DNA from: a virus
Length of the DNA: 64,000 nt
IMG/VR virus record: IMGVR_UViG_3300046171_000298
Coordinates: 3,209 to 67,208 of that record
Strand: one strand, 5' to 3'
Shown: positions 1 through 10,748 of the stretch, piece after piece
Layout of the letters: the number at the start of each line of letters is the position of its first letter
How positions within the stretch are numbered: position 1 is the stretch's first letter
Program-made: the position numbers and the translations under genes
Notes under the pieces: generated by a model
The model's database searches: none
The model's input: the letters and a program-made list of their open reading frames with translations, nothing else
What the model was told of the DNA's origin: nothing

Positions 1-2
1 AA

Positions 3-260
3 GAATTTATTGATGCAGAGGCTCTTATTAAACAAGAATCAGCTGCAACTCCAGATGCATTAAAAGAACTTGCTGATCTCGTTTATGTTTGTTTTCAATA
101 TGCAGAAAATCGTGAATGGGATCTGCTTACAGCATTAAATCGCGTTCACCAGAGCAACATGTCAAAGCTCGATGAAAACAAACGTCCATTCAGACGCGAT
201 GACGGCAAGATTCTCAAAGGTCCAAACTACAAACCACCGTACCTAACTGATTTAGTTTAA
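3..260 (+). CDS. mazG: MazG-like / PRA-PH family NTP pyrophosphohydrolase (5'-truncated by window edge)
   Basis: Manual translation: ...LKELADLVYVCFQYA...LNRVHQSNMSKLDENKRPFRRDDGKILKGPNYKPPYLTDLV*; ELAD and HxSNMSK motifs. Confidence 0.85.
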   Translation, partial: EFIDAEALIKQESAATPDALKELADLVYVCFQYAENREWDLLTALNRVHQSNMSKLDENKRPFRRDDGKILKGPNYKPPYLTDLV

Positions 261-262
261 TA

Positions 263-1689
263 ATGTCAAACTCAGCAATTGCCCGTACTGGCCGTGTACA
301 AAATTGGCTTGATGACCCAACTGGTCGTCTCCCTGTTTCATGCACAGTATTTTCTGTTGAAAATGAGATGGAAGGACCTAACGGAATTGAAGCGTCCTGG
401 CGCTTTGTATCCCATGCACTGCGTAATGGAGCAGGTGTAGCTGTCCATCTATCTAAGCTCGATTCCAAAGGCTACGAGAGGCCTTCAGGAGTGGTTGCAT
501 CTGGTGCCGTGTCCTTTGGCAAGATTTACTCAGTATTAAACGAAACACTACGTAGAGGTGGTCGATTTAAAAATGGTGCTGTAGTTCTCCATTGTGATAT
601 TAACCATGGAGATATTCTAGATTTTATTAATGTATCTAGATCAGAACTTCCATGGGCTAAACGCTGCGTAAATATTTCACGTAAACTATGGGATGAAGCT
701 TCTGATGAAGTAAAGCAAGCTGTTCTGCTTGGTATTGCAAAAGGTGATATCTGGCTTGCAAAAATCAAGCAAGATAAATATGGTAATCGTATTTTTGCAA
801 ACGTATGTCTTGAAGTCTTTATTAAAAGCAGGGGTACTTGTCTTCTTGAGCACATCAACTTAGGAGCCTGCAAACCTGATCAAATTGCTCAAGCATTTGC
901 AGATGGTATGGAAGAGCTCTGTGTTCTGCACAATAAAACTGGTGTAGAATCAACAGGAGAATATCTAGGTACAAGAAGAGGATAGACAGGTCGGTCTTGG
1001 CATTCTTGGTCTTGCAAATTTACTTGCGTTAGAGCACGTCTCTTACGCTCAATTTGCCGATGCACTTGAACTGCACAATGGTTTCGAAGGTGAACTTCAG
1101 GTGACTCCAGAAGCACTTAATATTGTAAAAGAACTACAAAAAGGAATAGACGCTGCCACAGGTAAGGGCAAAGCGAGCCAACATGGATCGCGCATTTGCC
1201 ATTGCTCCTACTGCGTCATGTTCCTATCGATACACTGACAGAGCTGGCTATACTACTGCCCCCGAAATTGCACCACCAATCGGGCGCAAAGTAGATAGGG
1301 ATAGCTCAACTTTTGGAGTCTCTCAATTTAATTATGGCAACGTTGAAACAGCGGAAGACGTAGGTTGGAATATTTACTTCCGAGTTGCAAACGGAATCAT
1401 GGAAATGCTCCAAAAAACTGGATTATGCCATGGCTATAGTTTCAATTCATGGAGTGATGTTGTAACCTACGACGAATCATTTATTGACACTTGGCTTAAT
1501 TCACCTCAAACCAGTTTGTACTATTCTCTTCAGGTCATGCAAAATACGCAGGCTAAGGATAATGCAATGGCTGCTTTGAATGAAGACTACGATTTTACAT
1601 TTGCTGAATCTAGTGAAGAGCAAACGTCAATTGATGAGTATCTTGATCAATTTAATGATCCATCAAATTGTGTAGGTTGCGCCGAATAA
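263..1689 (+). CDS. nrdA: Ribonucleotide reductase alpha subunit, minimal cyanophage type; two apparent frameshifts (~975, ~1180)
   Basis: PVSCTV, ANVCLE, GTCLLEHINLG, bridging frame DRQVGLGILGLANLL, AIAPTASCS, SLYY, C-terminal CVGCAE. Confidence 0.9.
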
Positions 1690-1712
1690 ACATTTCAATT
1701 TTCATTAAAACA

Positions 1713-2444
1713 ATGACTTACAACACTCAGTACCAAAAATTACACGACACAAAGCGCACATGGACGCCAACAGCTGTCACTGCTGGTAGCTTATTTGTTG
1801 GTGGAGAGGATGCTGTACTGCGAGGACTAGCTCTTCGTTGTCTTGAAATTCCTGTCGGTGATTTTATTGAAGATGCTATGAAAGGTGATCTTCCATCTGA
1901 TGAAGGTTGTCTAGAGTTGTTGAAGTCAAATGTTGTAGATGAAGTCAAACATGATATTGCTTTGAACTATGCAGCAGACGCTCATCAAATTCCATCTAAG
2001 CTTCAAGCTGAAGCACACCGCATTAAGAATGCATGGCTAGAACTTGATCGCCATCCTATTTTAAAAGCTGTTGTTCTTGAGCGTTCAGTATTTTTTGTAT
2101 TACTACCTATGTTCCGATTCCTTGGTGACACAGGATTGCGTACAACCAGTGCTGATATCTCACGAGATGAGAGAGTGCATGTCGCAGCTAACACTCTTGT
2201 GTGTGAAGCATTAGGCCTTAAATCAGATAAAAAGTTGAATAATTTGAGACGTGCAACAGTTGCTTGGGTCACTCAATCTCTGAAAGGAGATGACAGTAAT
2301 AAGCATCTGTCTAGTAACTTCTGGCTTCAAAGTTCTGATTCACTGTATGCAAGAGGAAAGGCTGAAGGTTTGATTGAAACAAGAGCTAGCAGAATGCCAG
2401 CATTTTTTGAGGCTAACAATTCAGATTTACCATCATATGCATAA
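1713..2444 (+). CDS. Ferritin-like RNR small (beta) subunit
   Basis: DEVKHD and DERVHV ExxH motifs, directly downstream of RNR alpha, C-terminal ...LPSYA. Confidence 0.8.
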   Translation: MTYNTQYQKLHDTKRTWTPTAVTAGSLFVGGEDAVLRGLALRCLEIPVGDFIEDAMKGDLPSDEGCLELLKSNVVDEVKHDIALNYAADAHQIPSKLQAEAHRIKNAWLELDRHPILKAVVLERSVFFVLLPMFRFLGDTGLRTTSADISRDERVHVAANTLVCEALGLKSDKKLNNLRRATVAWVTQSLKGDDSNKHLSSNFWLQSSDSLYARGKAEGLIETRASRMPAFFEANNSDLPSYA

Positions 2445-3060
2445 TGCTAAACTGGTTTGGGTTACACCAAACGCCGAAGCTTTAATTGGAAAGATTGCTC
2501 GTGTATCTAATCCAAAGAATGAAGACAATCCAGAAGTTGAAAAGCTAATCAAGTATCTAATCAAGCATAAGCACTGGTCTCCTATGGAGATGGTGAGTAT
2601 GTGCGTAGAGATTGTAACTACTCGTGCTATTAGTCCGCAGATTTTGCGGCATAGGAGCTTCTCATTTCAAGAATTTAGCCAACGTTACTCAGTTTCTACT
2701 GAAGCAATTGCCCCTGATCTGCGCAGGCAAGATCTAACTAATAGGCAAAACTCAATTCCAGATTTGGAGACAGAAGTACAAGCTTGCTATAAAGAACGTA
2801 TAGAAGAACATTTTGATCAATCGTTTGCATTGTACGAATCACTATTGCACTCAGGGATTGCAAAAGAATGTGCAAGGGCAGTGCTGCCATTAAATACTGT
2901 CACTCGTTTATACATGAGTGGCACACTAAGAAGCTGGCTGCATTATGTAGATTTACGCGCTCAAGATGATACACAACTAGAGCACAGAACAATTGCGCGA
3001 TCGATTGGTGAAATACTAGCTTCAGAATTTCCTACTGTATCCCGTGCAATGTGGAACTGA
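2437..3060 (+). CDS. thyX: FAD-dependent thymidylate synthase
   Basis: HWSPME and RHRSFSFQEFSQRY signature, KECARAVLP. Confidence 0.95.
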   Translation: MHNAKLVWVTPNAEALIGKIARVSNPKNEDNPEVEKLIKYLIKHKHWSPMEMVSMCVEIVTTRAISPQILRHRSFSFQEFSQRYSVSTEAIAPDLRRQDLTNRQNSIPDLETEVQACYKERIEEHFDQSFALYESLLHSGIAKECARAVLPLNTVTRLYMSGTLRSWLHYVDLRAQDDTQLEHRTIARSIGEILASEFPTVSRAMWN

Positions 3061-3098
3061 TTGCTAAACTAAAGACTGAATGATAATAATCAGTCATA

Positions 3099-3758
3099 AT
3101 GAATTTTATTGCCGCAACGATTGAACTACGATCCCATCACACAAATCAAATTGATGCTTATGGGCTCACTTATCGCGGCGCTGACGCTGTTGTGCCCTCT
3201 AGTAGCAATCAATCGGAAGTTCAACTTAGAATCCTCTGTTATGACAGAGCAGGTGCAAAACTTACTGCATTTCAGGATTGGAACCCGGGTACAAGAGCAT
3301 TAATAACTGGCGACATTATGTTCTCTGAAGATCCTGCTGATCCTTTGGATTTAATAGTATCTACAATTGAGACTAATATACCCAAAGATATGTATTGCAA
3401 TCAAGTAGTACTTGGTAATGCATTCTTTGCATCCGATGAAATTAAGGAGCGAAAAAATGGACAGGTTGCAACAAAAATTGGATCGACACTTGATAATTCA
3501 GATACAACAACTTGGTTATTCCTTGAAACATTTGAAGCAAGGAAGGCCAAGTTACAAGATCGAATTCGCAAAGGACGTCCCATCTGCGTGCAAGGCTACT
3601 TTCGCGAATATCGTGCGGAAGACAGTGACTCTCCCTATAGAGCCATTGTTGCAAGCGATTTTACTACTCGTAAGGATCGCCCACGTAGCGGACGGAATAC
3701 AGCGCCGAACAGTACAGCGGCAGGCTACGGAGAAGTTGATCCAACGCCAGATTATTAA
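3099..3758 (+). CDS. Putative single-stranded DNA-binding protein (tandem OB-fold like)
   Basis: RKGRPICVQGYFRE resembles SSB 'KG..v.v.G.l'; acidic tail ending DPTPDY; replication context. Confidence 0.55.
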   Translation: MNFIAATIELRSHHTNQIDAYGLTYRGADAVVPSSSNQSEVQLRILCYDRAGAKLTAFQDWNPGTRALITGDIMFSEDPADPLDLIVSTIETNIPKDMYCNQVVLGNAFFASDEIKERKNGQVATKIGSTLDNSDTTTWLFLETFEARKAKLQDRIRKGRPICVQGYFREYRAEDSDSPYRAIVASDFTTRKDRPRSGRNTAPNSTAAGYGEVDPTPDY

Positions 3759-3813
3759 ACGTGAGTTTGAAAAACCATCTGGCTGGGACGCACCTATTTA
3801 CGGCAACAAATAA

Positions 3814-4068
3814 TTAACTCCTGTACTTAGCAGTTTTATCAGCTATATCATCAGGTTGCTTGCTGTGCTGCTTCCCTTTATAGCTATCAGCTCGTTTTTT
3901 AGCACTAGACCTTGCGTATTCCTTATCACTCAAAGCTTTTCTAGCTGTTTCAGGTAAGTAGCGTTCACCTGTTGCTTCACTACCTTGCGTTGAATTTTTA
4001 CCAGACTTGGTTCCCCAATTTTCTTCGGTCCAACTGTCTAATGATTCTTGTGATTTAGCTTTAGCCAT
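3814..4068 (-). CDS. Small basic protein, DUF5872-like C-terminal half
   Basis: SQESLDSWTEENWGTKSGK...GERYLP pattern. Confidence 0.6.
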   Translation of the reverse strand: MAKAKSQESLDSWTEENWGTKSGKNSTQGSEATGERYLPETARKALSDKEYARSSAKKRADSYKGKQHSKQPDDIADKTAKYRS

Positions 4069-4253
4069 TAGTTTTTATATCCACCACCTTTAGCTTTGTA
4101 CGCTTTAGCAAGCATCTGCGCTTTACGAGCAGACCATTGACCTGCAGAACCGCCTTTACTTCCTGCTTTGATTGAATTAAACAATCGTTTGCGCATTTCG
4201 GGTTTAGTATAGTTACCCGCTTCGTTTACTTTAGATTTTTTTTGATCAGCCAT
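4068..4253 (-). CDS. Small basic protein, DUF5872-like N-terminal half
   Basis: NYTKPEMRKRLF...GGSAGQWSARKAQMLAKAYKAKGGGY. Confidence 0.7.
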   Translation of the reverse strand: MADQKKSKVNEAGNYTKPEMRKRLFNSIKAGSKGGSAGQWSARKAQMLAKAYKAKGGGYKN

Positions 4254-4377
4254 TTTTCCGCTTAGCCATCACGTCTTTAACTTTTTTATCTTTAAAAGAT
4301 TGAGCCGCTTCTTTCATTGACTCAGATTTATCGCCATCTTTATCGATGTCAATATAATCAGGTTTCTCATTAGCCAT
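4246..4377 (-). CDS. 43-aa hypothetical protein (not in ORF track)
   Basis: MANEKPDYIDIDKDGDKSESMKEAA...; TGATG coupling to upstream gene; DxDxDG loop. Confidence 0.55.
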   Translation of the reverse strand: MANEKPDYIDIDKDGDKSESMKEAAQSFKDKKVKDVMAKRKNG

Positions 4378-4604
4378 CATTTTTTACTGATAATGTTTTT
4401 ATAGAAGTTTGCCTTCTTTTTCATTTTAGGAGATGCAGAAGGGTCTTTTAATACTTGAGTTGCGTAGGCCTTGCGTCCTTCCGGAGTATCTGGATGACCT
4501 GCTTTTGTAGCTGCTGCAGTAAATGTACCTTTAGTTCCACCTTTTTTACGGTGAGACATTTTTTTGAAAGCAGATGCTAGTCCTTTTGCTTTAGCTCGTT
4601 TCAT
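4377..4604 (-). CDS. Small Lys-rich protein
   Basis: ORF track; coupled starts/stops with neighbours. Confidence 0.65.
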   Translation of the reverse strand: MKRAKAKGLASAFKKMSHRKKGGTKGTFTAAATKAGHPDTPEGRKAYATQVLKDPSASPKMKKKANFYKNIISKK

Positions 4605-4735
4605 CGTGGAAATAATGTTGTACGTGGATTCCCGTGACTCATAGTGGGTTTCACGGGAGCTGGATAATCTTCTGGTTTTGTAGCGCAGCCTTGACCCATT
4701 TGATTAGCGGGTGGAAGCCACACTTGTCCTGCCAT
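4601..4735 (-). CDS. 44-aa hypothetical protein (not in ORF track)
   Basis: MAGQVWLPPANQMGQGCATKP...LFPR*; fills the gap, ATGA overlap with next gene. Confidence 0.45.
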   Translation of the reverse strand: MAGQVWLPPANQMGQGCATKPEDYPAPVKPTMSHGNPRTTLFPR

Positions 4736-4743
4736 ACGCATTA

Positions 4744-5049
4744 CTAACAATTCCAACGACGTCTAGCTGCTTTACCGCGTTCACCAGTCCATCCCCGTGA
4801 ACGAGCACAAAATGACTTACGTCTTGCAGCATCTTTTTTAGTTTTAGGATTAGGTGCAGGAGCTTTGAGATTAGAACCAGTTCTACGATTAATAGAACGC
4901 CGACCTTTTTCAGTAAGTCCAGCTCCTTTTTTAACAGATAATTTATGACCGCCTTTGACAGTCATGCCATCCATAGCACCTTTCTTTTTGCTTTTTGTAT
5001 AAGCTTTTGCCTTGCCTTTTGCTTTACTGCAATTACTGCTACAAGCCAT
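4744..5049 (-). CDS. Small basic protein, DUF6321-like
   Basis: GLTEKGR...GSNLKAPAPNP...RRKSFCAR...RRWNC pattern. Confidence 0.65.
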   Translation of the reverse strand: MACSSNCSKAKGKAKAYTKSKKKGAMDGMTVKGGHKLSVKKGAGLTEKGRRSINRRTGSNLKAPAPNPKTKKDAARRKSFCARSRGWTGERGKAARRRWNC

Positions 5050-5111
5050 AATTTCAACCTCGCATGTTTATATTTTACTACTTATAGTTGAAGTGTCTAA
5101 CAATTAAATAA

Positions 5112-5852
5112 ATGACACTTCAAATTGTACCTCCAGAATTACTAACACCAACACAAGATAAAGTTGAAACAAAAGAACCTCAACCATATTGGAAGCCAAG
5201 TTCTCTTAAAGATGGAGAATCAGAAGAATTTAGATTACTCGGATGTTACGAAACCGGACACGCAATTGTCGGATGGCAATATGCGTCGGAAGCACAAGAT
5301 CCAAAGACTGGTGAACTCCGGTTCAATGGATATGTTGTTACTCGTAGTTACCCTAATAACCCCCCTGATCTTGCTCGCGAAACCGATTGGAGTAAACCTG
5401 ATCGACCAAAAATTGATGGCTCCTACGTCAAGCCACGTCGGTTTTTAGCATGGGTAGCTACATCAGCAGCTCGTTCAAGATTAGAAGTCTTGTTTATCGA
5501 ACAGAAATCATTACGAGAACAACTTACAGAAGTTCTACAAGAAACAGATGACTATACATGGACAGATGATGGCTTGGCCAATTTCTCAATTAAGATTAGC
5601 CGTAAAGGAACTGGCTTGGAGACTTCATACAGTATCTTACCGAAAGTTCGTAAGGTGCCTGAGAAGATCACCAAACAATGGCGGACTGAAAAAGAAACCA
5701 TATGGCTCCCTAACTTCTTTGAAGGCAAAGATCCTTTTGATGGTAAGCAAACTGACGAGAAAGGTTTACCTGCAGGCGGCACTGACAAGCGCGGATCGAC
5801 AGTATTACCAACAGCAACAACTCCCACTGATGACACTAACGACGAATTCTGA
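5112..5852 (+). CDS. Putative gp32-like ssDNA-binding/annealing protein
   Basis: LKDGESEEFRLL and ISRKGTGLETSYSILP patterns, acidic C-terminus ending EF; upstream of exonuclease. Confidence 0.5.
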   Translation: MTLQIVPPELLTPTQDKVETKEPQPYWKPSSLKDGESEEFRLLGCYETGHAIVGWQYASEAQDPKTGELRFNGYVVTRSYPNNPPDLARETDWSKPDRPKIDGSYVKPRRFLAWVATSAARSRLEVLFIEQKSLREQLTEVLQETDDYTWTDDGLANFSIKISRKGTGLETSYSILPKVRKVPEKITKQWRTEKETIWLPNFFEGKDPFDGKQTDEKGLPAGGTDKRGSTVLPTATTPTDDTNDEF

Positions 5853-5857
5853 TAATC

Positions 5858-6271
5858 ATGACTAACGCATTACAAAATCTTCCACCTGAAATGCAAGCAC
5901 GTCTTGCACAAATTATGGCAGGAGCTCAAGCTCCTCAACAGCAGCAGTCTGCAGCACCTGTGCCTCAACCTGCTCCACAACCGCAGCAACCAATGTATGC
6001 ACCTCAACCTACTGAGCCAGCTGCACCGCCTAAGCCTCCTTCTCTCATTGATCATGTACTTAACATGAGAGCAGAGCAAGCAGTCATGAAAGAAGCTGTT
6101 ATGGCATTAAACAATCAAATGATTGCTAATTCTCAAGTCTTAGAAGCTATTGGTCAAGCAGTAGGTCGTATGTATCAGATGTTTCAACCATCCGAGCATG
6201 CGATGCAAGATCCAACGTATAGCCAGAATTTCCAAAACTCACAAATGAATGAACAGGATGGAGACTACTGA
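5858..6271 (+). CDS. Gln/Pro-rich hypothetical protein with coiled-coil segment
   Basis: ORF track, operon fit. Confidence 0.6.
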   Translation: MTNALQNLPPEMQARLAQIMAGAQAPQQQQSAAPVPQPAPQPQQPMYAPQPTEPAAPPKPPSLIDHVLNMRAEQAVMKEAVMALNNQMIANSQVLEAIGQAVGRMYQMFQPSEHAMQDPTYSQNFQNSQMNEQDGDY

Positions 6272-7037
6272 TAAGCCATTTAGAATCCAAACGTCTAAAG
6301 GTTACAGAAAATACTTATGCAGTGGCATGTACTTGCCATCTGTTACAACAGTCCTATCAGCTACAGAAACTGAAAAATCAAAAGCTAGCTTGCGCTCTTG
6401 GCAAGAAAAAAATCCAGGAGCACTTGAAGCTGCAAGCACTCGTGGCTCCTATATCCACAAGTGTTGTGAAGATCATTTAAGAGGTATTCCTGTCGAATGT
6501 TCTGATGAATATTCAGCATTCTGGAACGGAATGGACAAATACCTTGATTGGTTTGATACAGTGCATTGGTCAGAGCGTCCACTACGTCCTGATTGGTATC
6601 ACTTGAGATCTGATGATAAAGAAGCCGCATTTGTATGGAGCACTGAGCATAAATACGCAGGGTGCCCTGACCTTATTGGAGAAATTGGTGGTGTAAAAGT
6701 CATTGCAGACTTTAAAACAAGTAATGGTCCTTACATGAATTCCTTTCCCGATAAAGGTGACCGTATGGGCTTTGGCGGATTTCGTAAATATCAAAAGTGC
6801 GCTCAACAAATGGCTGCTTACAGGTATGCTCTTAATGAACGCACTGGATTTTTATGTGATGTTGCATTAATCATCGTCACCACAGAGACTACAACACAAG
6901 GTATATTTATTGATGGAGATCAACTGTCATTATATGAATCTCGGTTTCTAAAGCGAGCACAACAATTTCACGAAGAAGAAGATAATGAAACTGAAAATCT
7001 CAGTCAACAAGAACTGCAAGAACAAAGAGAATCCTGA
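6249..7037 (+). CDS. PD-(D/E)XK exonuclease
   Basis: PSVTTVL, RGSYIH, YAGCPDL, DFKTS, QMAAY motifs. Confidence 0.85.
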   Translation: MNRMETTDKPFRIQTSKGYRKYLCSGMYLPSVTTVLSATETEKSKASLRSWQEKNPGALEAASTRGSYIHKCCEDHLRGIPVECSDEYSAFWNGMDKYLDWFDTVHWSERPLRPDWYHLRSDDKEAAFVWSTEHKYAGCPDLIGEIGGVKVIADFKTSNGPYMNSFPDKGDRMGFGGFRKYQKCAQQMAAYRYALNERTGFLCDVALIIVTTETTTQGIFIDGDQLSLYESRFLKRAQQFHEEEDNETENLSQQELQEQRES

Positions 7038-9172
7038 TAAGGTCGCAACTGGGTGGCTGAATATCTATGAAGATATCCAATGGCTAGACGGTTGGGTTAA
7101 GTCTGGCTTTGGATGGTGTGCGACTCACTTTGTCAATCGTTATCGCAAGTCAGACAATTTTTCTGGCAGTAATTTAGTTGTAATTGATATTGACGGTGAT
7201 GTAACGTTAGAGAAGTTTTGGTCAACACAAACTGCTATTGACTGGTGTATAGCAACATATACATCTGTAAGTCACACAGAATCAGAGCATCGGTTTCGAG
7301 CACTATTTCCTTTAGAGATAGAGCTTGATACTATTGCAAAGCACAAAGGTGCTTATTGGTTAGTCGTCAATCGTCTACTTGGTGAACTGAATATTGACAA
7401 ACTCAAAGATAACTGTGGTCGAAAAGCCTGAGCGATTATGGTATGGCAATACCAATGCAATCTTTCAGGCATAATGAAAAGCATGCGCCAATTCCACAGT
7501 TTCTTTTAGAATCGATTGACTATGAAGAACCTACAAATTTTGTAGATACTGAAGTATCTGACACTGACGTTGAACGATGCAAATGGCTTCTTACAAGCTT
7601 CCTAAGACCATCTGAAGATGATGAGTATGAAAGTTACTATGTGCCAGTTATGGCAGCCTGTGCAGGCATTGGTCAATCAATCTTTGACGAATGGGTGCAA
7701 TGGGTATTAAAAGGTCATCATGGTCAAAAAGAAGATAATATTCGACCATACAAATGGAAAGGGCTTGGTAACTTTGCAGGCCATACATCCTTGTACGCAC
7801 TTGCAAAGAAACAAGATGCTAATTGGACAAGGTCATTGCCAACATCATTACGATTTAGCTTTTTCAATAAAGCAGTTGGTTATGACGAAGTAGATCCCAC
7901 AATTGTATATCCACCTGCTAAAAAGCCAATGAATATAACTCCTGAAATGCCAGAGCCTGACCCATTGCCAGATACACAAGTATCTAAAAAGAAAGGGAGG
8001 CCTAAAAAATCAGTTGACGATTTAGCCAAAGAACGTGAAAGTGATGTTGGTAAAGTAAAAATATCTTTAACAACCTACGACGAAATCTATTGACAAATTC
8101 AATGGAGTTCGAAGATGAATCAGGTCGTACACACGAGCTGCAAGGTAACGATCTAGATATTATGACAACTAAGTTGTCGTGTGAGCATGGTGTATTTATT
8201 CCAGAGCAGCGTGTTAAACAAGCAATTCAATATGCTGCAAGTAAAAATACATACTGCCCAATACGACAGTATCTCGACAAATGCCGTGATCACGCAGTGC
8301 CACATGCAAACTGGCATCGTGTAGGAGAAATTTTTCTTGGCAATAAAGATCCATTAGCTACGTTAGCAATTCAACGGATGATGATTGGAGCTGTAGCTCG
8401 CGCATATAATCCAGGTTGCACAATGTCATGGCTACCTATTCTTGTAGGTGCGCAAGGCTGTGGTAAGTCACAGTTTTGTAGAAGTCTTGTGCCATCAAAG
8501 CTGTTTGCAGAAATTACAACTCCACTAGAAACTCTTATGAAAGAGCAATATCGTTTGCATATTGCTTGGATGCTAGAGCTACCAGAGATCGATAACTTTT
8601 TTAGCCGTCGTAATATCGAAAACTTCAAAAATCTAGTAACAACTCGATGTGATGAAACAAGACGTCCATATGCATCATTGCCTGAACGTCTTCAACGTAG
8701 ATTTGTAATGATTGGCACTACAAATAGAAATCAATTCTTGGTTGATTCTACTGGTAATCGTAGATTTGTACCACTAGAAGTTGGCTCTGAAGGTATGTTT
8801 CTAATTAATTGGAAACAACTTAGAGATGAGCGAGATATGTTGTGGGCATCAGCTATTGAAGATTATCAAAACAATGTGCCGTACGAATTTAGCAGCGGTG
8901 AAATTGCAAAGATTTCAGAGTACATTCAGCAGTTTGGAGAACCAGATCCATGGTCAGAAAAAATCTTGAATTACGTCAAACATCGTGAAGAAGTTAGTGT
9001 TTCAAAAGTCTTGACTGAAGCATTAGATCTTGATGCAAGGCAGCAAGGAATAAAAGAATCTCGTCGTGTGACAGATGTACTTCAGACTTTAGGTTGGAGA
9101 CGTAAAACAAAACGAGAAAAAGACCAAGTAACTGGTAAATGGAAATCAGTTCGTATATGGCTTAGGCCCTGA
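6985..9172 (+). CDS. Primase-polymerase (PriCT-2-like) fused to VapE-type helicase; frameshifted into three ORFs
   Basis: VIDID and SHT...RFR primase motifs; bridging frame KPERLWYG; Walker A GAQGCGKS; GTTN...LVDSTGNRRF. Confidence 0.85.
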
Positions 9173-9250
9173 AAATGATCCAATCAATGAAGCTCACATT
9201 AATAATGATTTTTAAATACACTAATAAGTGAAATTAACTAGCAATATTCA

Positions 9251-9487
9251 ATGGATTCATCAAAAATACAATTAGCATTACGTGTTAGAGTAAAGCGAAA
9301 TGGTTCAACAGCTTTAGTTGTAGGCAAGCCAGAATACTATCGTTCTAATTTAAAACTCGTAAGAATTAAGTACGAAAATAGTACACGCTATGAATACATG
9401 ATTAGCAATCAGATTGAACCACTTCCTTTGGAAGAACAGTATCCCGCATTAGGTGGTACTTATGAACCTAAAGATGGTGCAATTTAA
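9251..9487 (+). CDS. Hypothetical protein
   Basis: ORF track, operon fit. Confidence 0.6.
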   Translation: MDSSKIQLALRVRVKRNGSTALVVGKPEYYRSNLKLVRIKYENSTRYEYMISNQIEPLPLEEQYPALGGTYEPKDGAI

Positions 9488-10241
9488 TGGCTGAAGCACA
9501 ACCTAGTAAAAAAAGAGGAGGGCATGCATACGGACGACGACATCAGCGGCTCTCAAACACCGCTATAGAAGGCGAGCTTTGCTTGTATAAAGGGCATTCG
9601 ATAGGTCGATTCTCATCGCACTCAATGCGGTATGACAGCCATCAGGCTTGCACTCGTTGCGTTGCAGCTGCTCGTGAAGGCCGCCTGTCGTTAGATATTG
9701 ATCGACTACTTCAAAAAATAAAGAACGTGCTCTTAAGTTTTGGTCACAAGTAGACATTGGTGATCCAAACGAATGTTGGAATTGGAATGGAACTATTAAT
9801 CCTAGAACACATCAACCACAATTTTCGTGGAGAAGGCATGCAATTTCAAGCTCAACGCAGCATCATCCACAAAGAGTTGCAATGTGGTTTTCTTGGGGTG
9901 ACTTAGGATTTACAGGTGTCAAGACTACATGCGGTAATAAGTATTGCTGTAATCCATTTCATCTGTTACCACAACACGTTGGTGTTTTTGTTGATCAAGA
10001 TAGTTATATAGAAAATTTTGAGTTGCAATGTGAGCTACATACACTTAAGCAAGTAGTGCATGAGTATCAAGTAGATAAGGCTTTAAAAGAACAAGAAAAA
10101 GCTCAACTAAAACAGCACGGGCATTTTGGATCTGAGTCATTACTTATTGACCCATCTGCTGATTTTTCAGACAAGTATCAATCAGTTTTAATTGATATGC
10201 TTCAAGGCAATCATATTACACAGCAGAAGCTCAGAATATAA
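9487..10241 (+). CDS. HNH/His-Cys type endonuclease-like protein; frameshift near 9715
   Basis: Joined frame FWSQVDIGDPNECWNWNG...HPQRVAMWF...TCGNKYCCNPFHL. Confidence 0.7.
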
Positions 10242-10323
10242 TTGATGAATTTGGAAAAAATGATTAGTAAAATCCCACACTTTTAACTTAATCAAGATAT
10301 GCTAATAAAAGAGTAGTAATATT

Positions 10324-10748
10324 ATGACTAGACAAACAGACCTGCTACGGCAATTACTTCAATCAAATGAAACTGATCTTGTAAACAAGAAAAAGAACAA
10401 AAGTTTCTAACCGCTACTGCTCAGTTAATACTGACAGATTTTATTAACATCGCAATAAACGGTTTTCAAGTATATGGTCCCGGTTCATTAGTAATCAATC
10501 TAGTTAATGATACTACTACTTATATGACTGGATCAAGTGTAGAGAATGATTTGGCACTTTCTGAATCAGAAGATGATGAAGATGTAACAAATTTTCTACG
10601 ATCATTAATTAATCAGATTGATGAAAATGACTGGTCAAAAAATTTGCTCATTACGTTGATCTCCGATGCTGGAACAAGAACATTTGCAGTCGAGGCAGGT
10701 CGGAGCCAAGAATGCTTCCGAGCGCTCGCAGAAGAATTTACAGGATAA
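10324..10748 (+). CDS. Hypothetical protein (frameshift near 10390)
   Basis: ATG at 10324; open frame upstream of ORF 10524..10748. Confidence 0.5.

Noticed and set aside
263-1689. RNR, primase and capsid fragments as pseudogenes or programmed frameshifts
   Set aside because: Indels are scattered through many essential genes without other decay; sequencing error is simpler
6249-7037. Cas4 / CRISPR association
   Set aside because: Generic phage PD-(D/E)XK exonuclease in a replication context; no array
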